Shown one piece after another: positions 36,278 to 44,356 of a stretch of 55,916 bases of DNA. The notes below the pieces were generated by a model. The model ran no database searches. It was not told the DNA's origin and saw nothing but the letters and a program-made list of their open reading frames with translations. The number at the start of each line of letters is the position of its first letter. Position 1 is the stretch's first letter. This DNA is from an uncultured Eubacteriales bacterium (GTDB taxonomy: Bacteria > Bacillota > Clostridia > Christensenellales > Aristaeellaceae). The DNA is taken from positions 1 through 55,916 of the forward strand of contig CACYWI010000003.1 in the NCBI GenBank assembly GCA_902778045.1, written 5' to 3'. The translations under genes were made by a program, and so were the position numbers.

Positions 36278-37741
36278 TCAGTTGTCCGCGCGATTGTAGC
36301 CGTTCTTCATGTGCTCGCTGGCATCCAGCAGCACCTTGTTCAGCGCGTCGGTGGTCTGTTCCCGCGCCATGCGGGCCAGCGCCTCGTTGGCCTCCTTCGC
36401 CAGGGAATAATCGCCGCTTTCCGCCATGCGCCGGTCGTACTCCCGGATCAGCTGCCGACCCTTGACGGCCACCGCGCTCTGGTAGCGCTCGATCTGCTGG
36501 ATGCAGCTGGCATAATTGTGGTCGGCCAGCGCACCGATCAGGCGGCTGCCCCAGTAGAAGTTTTCGGTGGACACGTCCAGCGTGACCCTGCTGAGATAGG
36601 CCGGCATGGCGTCCACGTTCACGTAGACCGGCAGGATCGCGTCGAAGGCCGTGGAACCGAAGCAGATCCACTCAATGCCCCGGATGGGCTCGGGCGCGTC
36701 GCCGCGGACCTGGCAGATGGAGGTCACGCCCGTGCGGTTGATGCCGATGGAGCGGTACATGCCCCGTCTGCCGGTGTCCTGGCTGGTATAGGGATTGTAG
36801 GGCGTGCCCTGGTAGTGCGAGGACAGCATGTACTTCACATCCTCCACCGTCACCTTGCGGTCTGGCACCAGGGACCAGGGAATATCGTCGCTTTCCGGGG
36901 TGAACTCGGCATTCTCGCCGTCCCAGCGGTGGGAGCGGGGCGTCAGGTACCGGCCCATGAACCAGGCCCGGGGCGTGTTGTAGATGTGATCCATGTCCGT
37001 GCGGGAGCCGAACACGTCCCTGGGATTGAACGCGCCGTTCTGGTTCAGGTCGAGGCAGTTGTCCGCGATGAACTCCCGCAGGTCGGCCGAGCACATGTGG
37101 CTCTCCCGCGCGCCGAAGGCGTCCTGCAGGTCGAAGGCATCCATGCCGAACTGGTTCGGGTTGATCACACAGGCGTCGTCCGGGATCCTGCGGGCCATCC
37201 AGTGGTGGCCGCCGATGGTCTCCAGCCACCAGACCTCGTCCTTGTCGTTGAAGGCGATGCCGTTGGATTCATAGGTGCCGTACCGCTCCAGCAGCGCGCC
37301 AAGGCGCTCCACGCCCTCCCGGGCCGTGTGGATGTAGGGCAGCACCAGCACCACGATGTCCTCCTCGCCGATGCCGCCGGGCACATCCTTCTCTCGCCGG
37401 GTCTTCGCCTTTTTGTATTCCACCAGTGGGTCCGCCGACAGCACCCGGGGATTGGAGGTGATGGTCTCGGTGGCGGTCATGCCCACGTTCGCTTCGTTGA
37501 TGCCGGTGGCGGCCCAGATGCCGTCCTTCGGGTCGACGCTGGGGCAAGCGGTGTAGCGCATGGGGTTGTCGGGCAGCTCGATCTCCAGGTGGGAGATCAC
37601 GCTCCTGTACTTGCGGGGCTGCTTGCCCGGCTGCACAACCACCAGCTTCTTCACGTCGAAGTGGCCGTCGTCGGTGCGGGCGATCATCGTGGATCTGTCG
37701 TTGCTGGCGTTCTTGCCGACCAGCACGGTGGTACAGGACAT
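36278..37741 (-). CDS. C69-family dipeptidase (Ntn hydrolase)
   Basis: ATG 37741 has an AAGGGAGGAA RBS. N-terminus MSCTTVLVGKNAS carries the nucleophile Cys. Family-wide similarity to PepD/dipeptidase A. Confidence 0.85.
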   Translation of the reverse strand: MSCTTVLVGKNASNDRSTMIARTDDGHFDVKKLVVVQPGKQPRKYRSVISHLEIELPDNPMRYTACPSVDPKDGIWAATGINEANVGMTATETITSNPRVLSADPLVEYKKAKTRREKDVPGGIGEEDIVVLVLPYIHTAREGVERLGALLERYGTYESNGIAFNDKDEVWWLETIGGHHWMARRIPDDACVINPNQFGMDAFDLQDAFGARESHMCSADLREFIADNCLDLNQNGAFNPRDVFGSRTDMDHIYNTPRAWFMGRYLTPRSHRWDGENAEFTPESDDIPWSLVPDRKVTVEDVKYMLSSHYQGTPYNPYTSQDTGRRGMYRSIGINRTGVTSICQVRGDAPEPIRGIEWICFGSTAFDAILPVYVNVDAMPAYLSRVTLDVSTENFYWGSRLIGALADHNYASCIQQIERYQSAVAVKGRQLIREYDRRMAESGDYSLAKEANEALARMAREQTTDALNKVLLDASEHMKNGYNRADN

Positions 37742-37789
37742 GGCTTGTTCCTCCCTTTGTAATGCTATGGTATGATTGTACCGCATACT

Positions 37790-37833
37790 CTGAAAAAAGA
37801 CAATCCCCGTTTTTCACGCGGATAAACGGGGAT
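37790..37833 (-). terminator. intrinsic terminator ending the dinB operon
   Basis: Stem ATCCCCGTTT / AAACGGGGAT (37803-37833). On the minus strand it is followed by TGTCTTTTTTCAG. Confidence 0.65.
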
Positions 37834-37848
37834 CGTCGTTGGGATGGT

Positions 37849-38532
37849 TCAGTTCAGGCGCCTGCGCCCGGCGGGATCGAAGGCGTATCGACCCTCGGGC
37901 AGGCCATAGGCCGCGGCGGCCTCGCCGTCCGCGCTCTCCAGCGTGAAGCAGGAGACCTCGTAGGCGTTGCGGGACAGGTATTCCCCGTTCTCCAGCAGCT
38001 TCTGGTACTCCCGGGATTGCAGCCGACCCGTCAGGCGCAGGCTGTCGCCCACGGCAAAGCGGGAGGCGTACTGGGCGTTGCGGCCCCAGGCGATGCAGGG
38101 GATGTAGTCGCTCTTGCCGAAGGCCCGGTTCACCGCTATCATCATGTCGCAGATCTCCCGGCCGAAGGGGGTCGAGCGATAGATCGGCGGCTTGCACAGC
38201 GCGCCGGTCAGCGATACCTTGTTCAGCGTGTCGTTGTCCGGCGACGGCGCGATGCTCTGGGCAAACAGCGTGACCATCAGCCGCCCCGCACCGTCGATCA
38301 CCTTGTTGTAGGAGCGCACCTGTCCCGTCATCATGATCTGGCTGCCCGTATCCTGGGGCAGCAGCGCCATCAGCTTGCCTGGAATGGTGACCGGCAGCCG
38401 GTCCACCGTGCCGGACAGGCGCTTGACCAGCAGCGTGCCGGTGTAGAAGGGCTCGTTCATGACCTCGTGGCTCAGCTCCAGCTCGCCGTCCAGCCGGCCC
38501 ACCGCAATGATTCTGTTATTTGGATTTTCCAT
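37849..38532 (-). CDS. SSB-like protein with two tandem OB folds and no acidic C-terminal tip
   Basis: ATG 38532 has a GGAGGGA RBS. Domain 1 starts NRIIAVGRLDGELELSHEVMNEPFYTGTLLVKR. Domain 2 reads NKVSLTGALCKPPIYRSTPFGREICDMMIAVNR...IPCIAWGRNAQYA...LRLTGRLQSREYQ, a classical SSB OB pattern. Confidence 0.65.
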   Translation of the reverse strand: MENPNNRIIAVGRLDGELELSHEVMNEPFYTGTLLVKRLSGTVDRLPVTIPGKLMALLPQDTGSQIMMTGQVRSYNKVIDGAGRLMVTLFAQSIAPSPDNDTLNKVSLTGALCKPPIYRSTPFGREICDMMIAVNRAFGKSDYIPCIAWGRNAQYASRFAVGDSLRLTGRLQSREYQKLLENGEYLSRNAYEVSCFTLESADGEAAAAYGLPEGRYAFDPAGRRRLN

Positions 38533-38602
38533 CGTATCCCTCCGGTTATGGTTTGTGTTTATCCATATATATGCGCGTTCGCGCGGCGTCATGCAGGGCG
38601 GT

Positions 38603-38860
38603 TCAGAAATTTCCCGCGGGGACATCCCGGGCTTCCACGAACCAGCGGCCCTCGTCCTCGAACAGGTAGACCTGCCTGCCCCGCACGCGGCAGGTATAGC
38701 GCATGCCCTGGCCCCCGACCCGGGTTGAGGCCGCCATCCGCACGTCAAGCAGGCGATCCACCTCGAAGCCGCGGCCATCCTCCCAGAAGATCTTCAGCGG
38801 GCGGATCTTCCCGATCTCATCCACGTCCACCAGCACCCTGACATAGGCCCGATGTGCCAT
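38603..38860 (-). CDS. hypothetical 85-aa protein within the dinB operon
   Basis: ATG 38860 has a GGGAGGGAGAG RBS, 14 nt after the dinB stop. Beta-rich sequence (YVRVLVDVDEIGKIRPLKIFWEDGRGFEVDRLLDV...RYTCRVRGRQVYLFEDEGRWFVE). No family recognised. Confidence 0.5.
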   Translation of the reverse strand: MAHRAYVRVLVDVDEIGKIRPLKIFWEDGRGFEVDRLLDVRMAASTRVGGQGMRYTCRVRGRQVYLFEDEGRWFVEARDVPAGNF

Positions 38861-38874
38861 AGCTCTCCCTCCCG

Positions 38875-40107
38875 TCAAGCGTTTTTCCAGCCCACCGGGT
38901 GGATCTGGTGATCGTCCCGAGGGTTGATCGCCCCGATTTCAGCGCAGCCGATCAGGCAGGCACGCTGTATGGCGAAGTGCCCGAAGCGGCGGCGGATGTC
39001 ACCCATGGCGTTCTCCAGCTCGTACCGGCGCTCCCTGCCCGCGTCCGGAAACATGCACAGCTGCTCGTCGTCGTCGCGGGATTGAAGCGCGCTCACGCTG
39101 ACGCCCAGGCTGCGCAGCGGCCTTTCCCAGTGATAGCGGGCGCGGAGCAGCTCCAGCGCGCAGGCGCAGATCTCCGAGGCCAGCGCCGTGGCGTGGTCCA
39201 GCCTGCGCTGCACGGTGAAGCAGCGCAGCTGGCAGTCCCGCACCGACAGGCAAACCACCCTGCCCCGCAGCGCCTGGGCGCGCAGGCGCTCGGCCACGCT
39301 TTCGGAAAGCACCATCAGCACCATATGGGCGTCCTGCTCGTCGGCGATGTCCCGGGGCGTGGTGGTGCTGTTGCCCACGGATTTGACCTCCGGGCTCTCG
39401 TCCGCCGCCATCACGGGGGTATTGTCCCGGCCGTTGGCAAAGCACCACAGCATCTCCCCCGTCTTGCCCAGCATGGCCCGCAGGTCCTGGGGCGCGCAGC
39501 GGGCGATATCGCCGATGGTGCGCAGGTTCCGCCCGGCCAGCCTGCGCCGGGTGGCGGGGCCCACGTACAGAAGATCGCCAGCGGGCAGCGGCCACACCCT
39601 CCGCCGGAAGTTATCCGGCGTGATCACCGTGGTGGCGTCGGGCTTCTTCATATCGCTGCCCAGCTTGGCGAAGATCTTGTTGAAGGACACCCCCACCGAC
39701 AGCGTGAGCCCCAGCTCCTCCCGGGCGCGCATTCGCAGCCGGTCGGCCAGCACCTCGCCGGACAGGCCGGCGCCGGTGACATCCAGCCAGGCCTCGTCCA
39801 TGCCGAAGGGCTCGATCTGATGGGTATAATCGGCATAGATCGCGCGCATCAGCCGGGAAAACCGCAGATACCGCGGGTAGTTCGGCGGCAGCACCACCAG
39901 GTTCGGACACTTCTGCTTCGCCTGCCAGATCACCTCGCCGGTGACGATGCCCAGCCGCTTGGCCGGCATGTTCTTGGCCAGCACGATGCCGTGGCGCGCC
40001 TCGGGATCGCCGCACACAGCCATGGGCTTATCCTTCAGGGAGGGGTCGTAGGCGCATTCCACGCTGGCATAGAAGTTGTTCAGGTCGCTGTGCAATATGG
40101 TGCGCAT
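38875..40107 (-). CDS. dinB: Y-family DNA polymerase (DinB/Pol IV-like)
   Basis: ILHSDLNNFYASVE and FGMDEAWLDVT retain the catalytic D and DE residues. Palm, fingers, thumb and little-finger regions fit the length of 410 aa. Confidence 0.9.
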   Translation of the reverse strand: MRTILHSDLNNFYASVECAYDPSLKDKPMAVCGDPEARHGIVLAKNMPAKRLGIVTGEVIWQAKQKCPNLVVLPPNYPRYLRFSRLMRAIYADYTHQIEPFGMDEAWLDVTGAGLSGEVLADRLRMRAREELGLTLSVGVSFNKIFAKLGSDMKKPDATTVITPDNFRRRVWPLPAGDLLYVGPATRRRLAGRNLRTIGDIARCAPQDLRAMLGKTGEMLWCFANGRDNTPVMAADESPEVKSVGNSTTTPRDIADEQDAHMVLMVLSESVAERLRAQALRGRVVCLSVRDCQLRCFTVQRRLDHATALASEICACALELLRARYHWERPLRSLGVSVSALQSRDDDEQLCMFPDAGRERRYELENAMGDIRRRFGHFAIQRACLIGCAEIGAINPRDDHQIHPVGWKNA

Positions 40108-40128
40108 CCGCCGTACCTCCCCTCAAAA

Positions 40129-40142
40129 AGAACATCTGTTCG
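40129..40142 (-). promoter_or_regulatory. LexA (DinR/Cheo-type) SOS box upstream of dinB
   Basis: AGAACATCTGTTCG contains the GAAC-N4-GTTC palindrome of the Firmicute consensus CGAACRNRYGTTCG. It lies 22 nt upstream of the dinB ATG and just downstream of a TATAAT. Confidence 0.6.
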
Positions 40143-40154
40143 ATTTACAACTAT

Positions 40155-40182
40155 ATTATAGCACGTCCGTCCCAAAATGCAA
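40155..40182 (-). promoter_or_regulatory. putative sigma-A promoter of the dinB operon
   Basis: Minus strand reads TTGCAT (40177-40182), a 16-nt spacer, then TATAAT (40155-40160). Confidence 0.45.
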
Positions 40183-40308
40183 TCGAACACAAATTGAAAT
40201 ATTTTGGGCGCGTGCTTTTGACAGGAATTGCGCCGGGCGCATTGTAAAATCATACCAATTATGATAAAATGGACGCGGGAAGTCGAATGCGAACCTGGAG
40301 GGATGCAT

Positions 40309-40923
40309 ATGCTGATCATCGGTATCTGCGGGGCCAGCGGCAGCGGCAAATCCACGCTGGCCAAGGCGCTGGCATCAAGGCTGGAGAAGCCCTGCGTCTA
40401 CATCAAGCAGGATTCCTACTACAAGGACCACCCGGACATGAGCTTCGAGGAGCGCTCCCAGCTCAACTATGACGAGCCGGAGATCTTCGAGCACGACGTG
40501 CTGCGGGAGGATCTGATGAAGCTGCGGCGCGGCGAGCCCATCACCACCAAGGAATACGACTACACCCAGCACCGGCGCTGCGATCCCGGCGGGCTGATCC
40601 AGCCGGCGGACGTGGTGCTGCTGGAGGGCATCCACGTGTTCTACGACCCCCAGGTGCGCGACCTGCTGGATTTCAAGGTGTACATCCAGGTGGACCCGGA
40701 CGTGTGCCTGCTGCGCCGGGTGAAGCGGGATTTGCGCGACAGGGGCCGCACCATCGAAAGCGTGTACAAGCAGTACCTGGAAACGGTGAAGCCGATGTAC
40801 GAAAAGCACATACGCAACTATGTGGAATACGCCGACCTGATCGTGGCCCGGGGCGGCAAGAACCCCCGGATCGTGGACATACTGGCCCACTACATCAACT
40901 CCGGAATGATCGAGACAAAGTGA
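40309..40923 (+). CDS. udk: uridine kinase
   Basis: ATG 40309 lies 7 nt after GGAGGG. P-loop GICGASGSGKST. Udk-typical segments YKDH, NYDEP and LLEGI. Confidence 0.9.
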   Translation: MLIIGICGASGSGKSTLAKALASRLEKPCVYIKQDSYYKDHPDMSFEERSQLNYDEPEIFEHDVLREDLMKLRRGEPITTKEYDYTQHRRCDPGGLIQPADVVLLEGIHVFYDPQVRDLLDFKVYIQVDPDVCLLRRVKRDLRDRGRTIESVYKQYLETVKPMYEKHIRNYVEYADLIVARGGKNPRIVDILAHYINSGMIETK

Positions 40924-40948
40924 CGGCATTCGCCCTTGCGCTACAAAA

Positions 40949-41018
40949 AGAGCCTTCGCTCCGCTCAGGATAACGCGCCCGACCCCTTGTCGGCATCCTG
41001 AGCAAAGCGAAGGTCTTT
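40949..41018. repeat. second REP-like hairpin of the CCTTCGCTYCGCTCAGGAT family
   Basis: AGAGCCTTCGCTCCGCTCAGGAT (40949-40971) pairs imperfectly with ATCCTGAGCAAAGCGAAGGTCTTT (40995-41018). It lies 25 nt after the udk stop and has the same core and orientation as 12282-12347. Confidence 0.55.
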
Positions 41019-41099
41019 GTATTCTATTGACTTTTTATGCCTTTGTCGCAGGTTATATAGTAGTATTCACTATTTTACCAAAAAACTCAGAGTTAGAGT

Positions 41100-41182
41100 G
41101 TGTTTCTAAATGCCGGGAGATGCAGTTTCGAGTGGATTTGACTGCATTTCAAGGCGATTCCCCGCAGGTTTACTGGCGGTAA
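41100..41182. repeat. copy B of the dispersed element (15-nt motif directly joined to the inverted 69-bp core)
   Basis: GTGTTTCTAAATGCC (41100-41114) overlaps the core at 41114-41182, which is the reverse complement of 30537-30605 with 3 mismatches. Confidence 0.6.
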
Positions 41183-41241
41183 ATCAACTCTAACCAAAAA
41201 CCTGCGACAAGTTATATCGCGCGGCCGTTTTCAGGATCGGA

Positions 41242-42942
41242 TCAACGGAGCTCGGCCTTCCTCTGCGCGGCAGCCCTCAGCATGTGGGCCGCGTGGTTCA
41301 GGCTGCTTTCACTGTCGTCCGCGCCGCCCACCAGCCGCGAAAGCTCGCGGATGCGGCCGTCCTCGGAAAGCCGGCTGACATGGGTATCGGTGCGATCCTC
41401 GCCGGCCACCTTCTCCACCAGAAAGTGGGCGTCGCCCAGCGCGGCGATCTGCGGCAGGTGGGTGACGCTGAGCACCTGTCGGTTACGGGCGATCAGGCAC
41501 ATCTTTTCGCCGACCACCTGGGCCATCCGGCCGGAGACGCCGGTGTCGATCTCATCGAAGATCATCGAATCGACGCCCTCCTGGTTCACGGCGATGGCCT
41601 TCAGCGCCAGCATCACGCGGGAGATCTCGCCACCGGAGGCGATGCTGGCCAGCGGGCGCAGCGGCTCGCCGGGATTCGGCGAGATCATGAATTCGACCCG
41701 GTCCATGCCCTCGGCGGTGGGCTTGGGCTCCGGCTCCAGGCGCACCTCGAATCGGGTCTTGCCCATGCCCAGGTCCTTCAGCTGCTCGCAGATGGCACCG
41801 GCCAGCGTGCGGGCGCTCTCCTTGCGCAGCGCGGTCAGCCCCTCGCAGGCATCCCGGAGCCGGGCGTCGGCCTCGCGGTAGCGCTTTTTCAGCTCGCCGA
41901 TGGATTCGTCGCTGCGCTTCAGCTCGTTCAGCCGGTCCGCGGCCTTCGCGCCGAATTCGATCACCTCTTCCACCGTCGCGCCATACTTGCGCTCCAGGCG
42001 CCTGATCAGGTCCAGTCGCCCGGCCAGCTTGTCGATCTGGTCCGGCTCGAAATCCATGTCGTCCATCATGGCCTGCAGCTCGTAGCCCACGTCCTGAGCC
42101 CCGTAGTACAGCTCCCGCAGCCGCGCGGCGATGGCGGCGTAGCGCTCATTCAGCGAAGCGATGCCGTCCATGGCCTCCGCCGAGCGCAGCAGCGCCTCCT
42201 GGGCGCTGGGCCCGCGCCCGTCGCCCTCGTAGACCAGCGTATAGGCCCGCTCCACGCCCTGTCGGATCTTCTCGGAATGCTCCAGCATGGAAAGCTTCTT
42301 CTCGATCTTCTGCTCCTCGCCGGGCTTCAGCTTCGCGGCGCTGATCTCCTGGACCTGGAAGGTGAGTATGTCGGAAAGCCGATCCTTTTCAGCGGCGTCG
42401 TTCATCAGACGCTTCAATTCAGCGGCGACACGGCTGCGCGCGGCGTGCAGCCGGGCCACCTCTTCCCTGGCCGCGGCGTGCTTCGCGCCGCCGAAGTCGT
42501 CCAGGAAGCCCAGGTGCCGCGCGGGATTCATCAGCGCCTGGTGCTCGTGCTGGCCGTGAACGTCCATCAGCGTGCCCGTCAGCTGCTTCAGCGTGGCCAG
42601 GGGCACCACTACGTCCGAAACGCGGCAGATGTTCCGCCCGCCGCGGCTCAGCTCCCGCCGGATGGCGATGACGCCTTCGTCGGCCTCAATATCCAGCGCC
42701 TGTAAAAGCGCCAGCGCCTTTTCGTTTCCGGAGACATCGAAGAGCGCCTGCACCATGCCCCGCTCCGCGCCGGTGCGGATCATGTCCCGGTCGGCGCGGC
42801 CACCCAGGGTCAGGTTGATGCTGTCCACCACGATGGATTTGCCCGCGCCGGTTTCGCCGGTAAGCACATTGAATCCCCGCGCAAATTCGATGCGCAGCGA
42901 TTCAATCAGCGCGATGTTTTTAATTGTCAGCTCCAAAAGCAT
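41242..42942 (-). CDS. recN: DNA repair protein RecN
   Basis: Walker A GETGAGKS, long coiled coil, ABC signature ASGGEISRVMLAL, Walker B MIFDEIDTGVSG. Confidence 0.95.
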   Translation of the reverse strand: MLLELTIKNIALIESLRIEFARGFNVLTGETGAGKSIVVDSINLTLGGRADRDMIRTGAERGMVQALFDVSGNEKALALLQALDIEADEGVIAIRRELSRGGRNICRVSDVVVPLATLKQLTGTLMDVHGQHEHQALMNPARHLGFLDDFGGAKHAAAREEVARLHAARSRVAAELKRLMNDAAEKDRLSDILTFQVQEISAAKLKPGEEQKIEKKLSMLEHSEKIRQGVERAYTLVYEGDGRGPSAQEALLRSAEAMDGIASLNERYAAIAARLRELYYGAQDVGYELQAMMDDMDFEPDQIDKLAGRLDLIRRLERKYGATVEEVIEFGAKAADRLNELKRSDESIGELKKRYREADARLRDACEGLTALRKESARTLAGAICEQLKDLGMGKTRFEVRLEPEPKPTAEGMDRVEFMISPNPGEPLRPLASIASGGEISRVMLALKAIAVNQEGVDSMIFDEIDTGVSGRMAQVVGEKMCLIARNRQVLSVTHLPQIAALGDAHFLVEKVAGEDRTDTHVSRLSEDGRIRELSRLVGGADDSESSLNHAAHMLRAAAQRKAELR

Positions 42943-42955
42943 AGTCTGCCCCGCT

Positions 42956-43408
42956 TCAATCGCCCAGCAGGCTGTTGAATTTGACCATCAGGGCCTCGGC
43001 GGCCTCGGGAGAGCGCGTGATGATCAGCAGCGTATTGTCGCCGGCGATGGTGCCCATGACCTCGCTCCACTTCATGGAATCGATGGCCTCGCCCGCGGCG
43101 TTTGCGCTGGCCGTCAGCGTATTGACCACAATCAGATTGTTCACGGGCTCCACATTGACGATGGAATCCGCCAGTATGCGCGCAAAGCGATCGTTCATGC
43201 CCTTTTCGGCACGTTCCACCGTGGCATACTTGTAGCCGCCATGCTCGGAGAGCACCTTCAAAAGCCTCAGCTCCTTGATGTCCCGCGATACGGTCGCCTG
43301 TGTCACCTTGACGCCCCTGTTCAGCAGCTCCTCAGCCAGTTCCTCCTGGGTTTCGATATCCTTGTTCTCTATGATTTCCAATATAAGATTATGGCGCGCG
43401 CTCTTCAT
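42956..43408 (-). CDS. argR: arginine repressor
   Basis: MKSARHNLILEIIENKDIETQEELAEELLNRGVKVTQATVSRDIKEL (winged helix) plus a C-terminal oligomerisation domain (GTIAGDNTLLI). GGGAGG RBS. Confidence 0.9.
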   Translation of the reverse strand: MKSARHNLILEIIENKDIETQEELAEELLNRGVKVTQATVSRDIKELRLLKVLSEHGGYKYATVERAEKGMNDRFARILADSIVNVEPVNNLIVVNTLTASANAAGEAIDSMKWSEVMGTIAGDNTLLIITRSPEAAEALMVKFNSLLGD

Positions 43409-43460
43409 TCCGGTGAAGCCTCCCAGTCGCAAGATTGTGGGGATTCATAGCATCTTTGGT

Positions 43461-44312
43461 TCAATGGGTCCATTCGGACAGCTTGCTGCGCAACAGTCCA
43501 TAGTAGTTCTTCTCGCGAAGCCTGACAAAGCGCGCCGGCCTGTCCGATTTGCGGATGGTGATCTCGGATCTTTCACCCTCCATCGGCACGATCCTGCGGC
43601 CGTCCAGCACGGCCTGCACGCCGTCGCGCCCGTCGCGTATGCGCACAGTGATGCGCTCCTCGGCAGATACCACCACCGGGCGCGCGTTCAGCGTGTGCGG
43701 GCAGATCGGCGTAAGCACAAAGCAATCGAGGCCGGGCAGTATCACCGGCCCGCCGGCCGACAGGGAATAGGCGGTAGAGCCGGTCGCCGTCGCGACGATC
43801 AGCCCATCGCCGGATATACAGTCTACCAGTGTGCCGTTTGCTTCGTATTCGACTGAGAGGATCCTGACCGAGGGCGTGGCTCGCGTGACGATGATTTCAT
43901 TCAGGGCAAAGTATTCCAGCTTGTCCAGCCCTTCGATCATCATGGTCGTGCGCGTGTCGATGTCATAATCCCCGGCCAGCAGTCTGTCGATCACCCGTTC
44001 ATCCAATTCATCCGTCTCCAGCTCGGTCAAAAAACCCAGGCGGCCCAGGTTGACGCCAAGGATCGGAATGTCGTTTGGAATTGCGCGGTCAAGGCCGGAA
44101 AGGATCGTGCCATCGCCCCCGAGGACGATCAGCAGCTGGCTGCGGTGAAACTGATCCACAAGGCAGTCCATGCAGCCCAGCGCGGACCTCAAATCATCGT
44201 CCAGGCATACATCCACATTCCTTCGCCGCAGTTGGCCAATCAGCCTTTCGGCGACATCCAGACCCGAAGGCTTGGAGGAATTCCAACGTATTCCCACGCA
44301 GCGAACGGACAC
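43461..44312 (-). CDS. nadK: NAD kinase
   Basis: GGDGT motif (VLGGDGTIL) and a C-terminal NAD-kinase fold (TGSTAYSLSAGGP). GTG 44312 lies 8 nt after GAGGAG. The track start at 44321 overlaps the RBS. Confidence 0.85.
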   Translation of the reverse strand: MSVRCVGIRWNSSKPSGLDVAERLIGQLRRRNVDVCLDDDLRSALGCMDCLVDQFHRSQLLIVLGGDGTILSGLDRAIPNDIPILGVNLGRLGFLTELETDELDERVIDRLLAGDYDIDTRTTMMIEGLDKLEYFALNEIIVTRATPSVRILSVEYEANGTLVDCISGDGLIVATATGSTAYSLSAGGPVILPGLDCFVLTPICPHTLNARPVVVSAEERITVRIRDGRDGVQAVLDGRRIVPMEGERSEITIRKSDRPARFVRLREKNYYGLLRSKLSEWTH

Positions 44313-44356
44313 CGCAACCACTCCTCACTTATACAATATACCAAAGAGGGCTTGAG

